Below the pieces are notes generated by a model, which did not search any database, was not told the origin of the DNA, and worked only from the letters and a program-made list of their open reading frames with translations. Below, piece after piece: positions 60,699-64,000 of a DNA stretch of 64,000 bases. Numbering within the stretch: position 1 is the stretch's first letter; the number at the start of each line of letters is the position of its first letter. The DNA comes from Octopus vulgaris (Eukaryota): the NCBI GenBank assembly GCA_951406725.2, contig CATOCA020000002.1:1116001-1180000 (forward strand), written 5' to 3'. A program made the translations under genes and the position numbers.

Positions 60699-61720
60699 AG
60701 GGCGAATGGCACCGCGAGTGTCGTGTTGCTCTCAAGCAACTCTGCCGTCCCGGGTCGACCTTGAGTGACTCTATCACAACCAAAGCATTCTATAGGGGAT
60801 CAGTGGAGGGGAGGTACGACGATGATCTTGGGGCGAACCTGGACATCGACGAGGAATACCTGACCCGCCTGTTCGGGACGACTTTCGGGCCAGGGCCCAT
60901 GGACAACTTCCAGAGATCCCTGGCCTGGCAGTGCTACCGAGAAGTGCTACCCGTTCGGGATAAGCTCTACAGACACGGGGCCGACCTGCCCGAGATGCGG
61001 TCAGAGCGCCGAAACCGTTCTGCACGCACTCATGCAGTGTCCAACAATTTCCGACCTGTGGGCTTATGTCGAACAACTGCTGTCACGTGTGGGATGAGTC
61101 GGTTTATCAGCTGAGTCTATCGTCAATATTGTCACGCCTCCTTCCTTCAAACGGGAAGGAAGAGCTATTTTCATCATCCTTGTGGCTATGGCGAAAGAAT
61201 GTATCTGGTGGACGCGTCTGAAAGGATTGGAGACAAACACTTTCCTCTCTGGTCAATCTCTCATCAACTTCTTCAAGTACCACTTGAAAAGGAAAGTGAG
61301 AGTAGAGAGGCAAGTTTTGTCTAGCGAATGTTTTAAAAAAAGATGGGTGAATGTAGCAAGACTGGCATGTATGAATGACGAAGCCACCTTGAGCATAATC
61401 CTATGAACGCAGAAATTGAAAACAGAGGGTTACCCACTTGCAAACAAATGTGGTAACATATAACAATATTGACTGAGGTTGCCGTGGTCTTTTTCGTAGG
61501 CTTTTCTTCCCACAGATAAACCTTATCTGCTTCCCCCTTTACACCGTACATCATGACACTGTGATACACGATCCCTATTGATCGTTCCCCCCCCTTTTAC
61601 GATCCCTTTTGATCGAAAACCTACGCCTTTTTTTTTGTTTTTTTCATCCCCCAAAAGAAAAGCTCTACCTTGTAATTTGTCCCATCTGTGTGCAGCCCTG
61701 TGTGGCCAATAAAGAAACTT
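60699..61720 (+). mobile_element. Tx1/L1-clade LINE 3' portion (zf-RVT region and 3' UTR)
   Basis: SLAWQCYREVLPVRDKLYRHG..CPRC...ET..HAL..C across a frameshift; ends AATAAAGAAAC; CpG-rich, so probably young. Confidence 0.75.
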
Positions 61721-61721
61721 A

Positions 61722-61756
<35 letters not shown>

Positions 61757-62499
61757 CTATATATACATATTACTTTTTCTTGTTTCAGTCATACTGCTGC
61801 AGCCAGGCTGGGGCACTGCCCTGAGGAGTTCAGACAAACACCTCTAGCTAGTAATTTTTAAAGTTTGGTATTTTATTCTATTGGCCTCTTTTTGCCAAAC
61901 CACAAAGTCACAGAAATGTTAAAAAATCATCAAATATGTTGAGGGAGTGAGGAACAAACTTATACCTATTGCATAACAAGGTTCCACACAATTTGTCAAC
62001 CAAATTCACTCACACAGCATCAATTAGCCCAAGGCTGTGGTAGAAGATAATTACACAAAGTGATGTTCAACCATGTGGTTGCAAAGCAAGCTTAACCACA
62101 CACACACACACACACACATGCATGGATGGATGTATATATGTATGTATGTCATTATTCAGTTTTATTTCAAGATTTCTAACCAATAGAGAAAGAGCCAGTT
62201 TCTAACCTAGATCCAAGGCTCCTTCATTAGAATTTCAACATCAGCAATAAGGTATTTTTGTATGTGTATATACATGCATATTGTATGTTTTGTTTTATGT
62301 ATGTATTCTCATGCCTATAGTTGCATGCACATACATACTTAAATGATAAACTTCTGGAAAGTTTTACAGGTTTTTTACAGTTCCAGTGATGGATTGGATC
62401 TGTAGTCTTCAAATCAGCTTTCACCTTTCTGATTTTGAGAAGCCTAATTTCACAAGATTAGTAGTTAAGCAGTTGTGTTACATATTCCAGTGCCAAAAT

Positions 62500-63095
62500 T
62501 ACCTGAACTTGTAATCTGGAAAGAATAACTGTAGATTTCTCAATAGTTCAGCATAGGTACTCTTTTTTTCAGTGATCTTCAGCTTTGATATTCACAGGAC
62601 AGCTGATTTCCACAATTGTACTCAGTTTCTCTTCTCTATCCGAAATCAGTATCTATAGTGTTCACATTGAGGTTTTCACTGGAACATTCTGCCAGTACTC
62701 CTTTTTATTATGAGTAGCTATGGTTTCTATCATACTGTGGGTTCTTTTGTCCTTCCGACAGATTTCATTACATTTTTCCTAGCTACAACATTATGTCTCA
62801 TCAGTAGATGATACCAGGATAACACTTTCAGACAACTGCTTATGATGTGGGTGATATCTTCAGTGTTAACTCCACTAAGTCTGCATCAGTTATCCCATTT
62901 TACAGCTTTTCCTGCATCTCTCTCCCTTTTGTGCATCAGGTATTTGGTTGATATTTCCTGTTCCTGGATTGCAAACGCATACCCTTCAAAGTGGGAGGTA
63001 GTAATCCAGTTGTTGGTCCATGATAGACTACTCTGATTATCAATGTTACTATCATCTCTAAACTTTCTACTAACATATCCATGCATGGTTTTCTG
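62500..63095 (-). mobile_element. R4/Dong-like non-LTR retrotransposon C-terminus (zinc knuckle + restriction-like endonuclease), decayed
   Basis: FEGYAFAIQEQEISTKY, CRLSGVNTEDITHIISSC, RHNV and VEISCP. Confidence 0.75.
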
Positions 63096-63649
63096 CTCAT
63101 ATACGCATATGTATGTATGCCAGTCTTTATTCAATTTTATTTCAACATCAACTGGGTACTTTTGTATGTATGTATACGTGCATATATACTTGCATATCTA
63201 GACATGCTCATATATGCTTAAATGATAAACTTATAGAATGTTTTACAGATTTTGTATGTATGTATGTGTGTGTGTATATGTATGTATGTATATATATATA
63301 TATATATATTTATATATGTATGGCATATAAATGATATTGTTATACATATATGATATAGAAATATATATTCATGCATTGTGGACTCTCCTACTGTAGACAA
63401 CAGATGATAGTCCTACCCATAGATTCATTTATAATGATCAAATATCTGTGCTGTAGATTAGACCACTCTCTTCATCAAAGCAACATTGCCAGTATGGCTG
63501 CATGAGATACAACACATCAAATATAAACATGGTTACAACACAATGCCAGTCCAGGAATGGAAACCATGACCTCCCAATCTCTTAAAATTCCTAAGCACAC
63601 AGCTTCTATTCTAATATGTATACATATATAGGGTGGCACAACCATGCTT

Positions 63650-63822
63650 AGCAGCATTTTATCTATTTTTATGTTATGAGTCCAAATTCTTCTAAAGTTG
63701 ACTTTGCCTTTCATCCTTTTAGGATTGATAAAATAAGTACCAGCTGAGCACTGGGGTCAATGTAATCAACTTGCCCCAACCTTCAAAATTGCTGGCCTTC
63801 TTCATAAATTTAAAACCAATGT
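63650..63822 (+). mobile_element. SINE-like repeat
   Basis: GACTTTGCCTTTCATCCTTTTAGGATTGATAAAATAAGTACCAG...GGGGTCAATGTAATCAAC...AAAATTGCTGGCC. Confidence 0.65.
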
Positions 63823-63837
63823 ATGTGCGTGTGTATC

Positions 63838-63879
<42 letters not shown>

Positions 63880-63881
<2 letters not shown>

Positions 63882-64000
63882 TTGCTCTGAGAGTGTAGCA
63901 GCTAGAATAAGAATAGGCTGGGAAAAGTTCAGAGAGCTCCTACCTCTGCTGGCAACTAAAGGCTTCTCGCTCAGGATAAAAGGTAGACTGCATGATGCAT
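63880..64000 (+). mobile_element. RTE-clade fragment running off the window edge
   Basis: ARIRIGWEKFRELLPLLATKGFSLRIKGRLHDA, matching the other RTE copies. Confidence 0.85.

Noticed and set aside
62188-62232. Minus-strand CTAATGA...GAAAC hammerhead-like string
   Set aside because: No NUH site or convincing stems I and II.

Overview
Eukaryotic, AT-rich, repeat-dominated genomic DNA. The (TA)n/(TG)n microsatellites, decayed RTE/CR1/Tx1/R4 LINEs, Penelope-like elements and SINEs ending in (GAT)n resemble an invertebrate genome, probably a cephalopod/octopus (inference from repeat style, not verified). The only host gene I can support is the 3' end of a spliced minus-strand gene: four phase-consistent internal exons at 60256-49474 plus two candidate terminal exons (36944 and 21145). 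Its translation resembles the C-terminus of condensin II subunit G2 (NCAPG2). The first ~9.5 kb hold a scrambled mosaic of GC-rich, divergent rDNA pieces (18S, 28S, ITS2, 5.8S). A decayed EXD1-like (piRNA pathway nuclease-domain) segment abuts a Penelope-like element. The most notable signal is RNA-structural: a near-identical 362-bp tandem repeat (24156-24966), each unit carrying a complete minimal type I hammerhead ribozyme with a compensatory U3-A8 core plus a second hammerhead-like motif. This is the architecture of a non-LTR retrozyme that could produce circular RNA. About seven more dispersed hammerhead-like motifs occur, one at the apex of an 88-bp inverted repeat. No CRISPR array, tRNA or intact full-length transposon ORF was found. 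All assignments are by eye and none was checked by database search.
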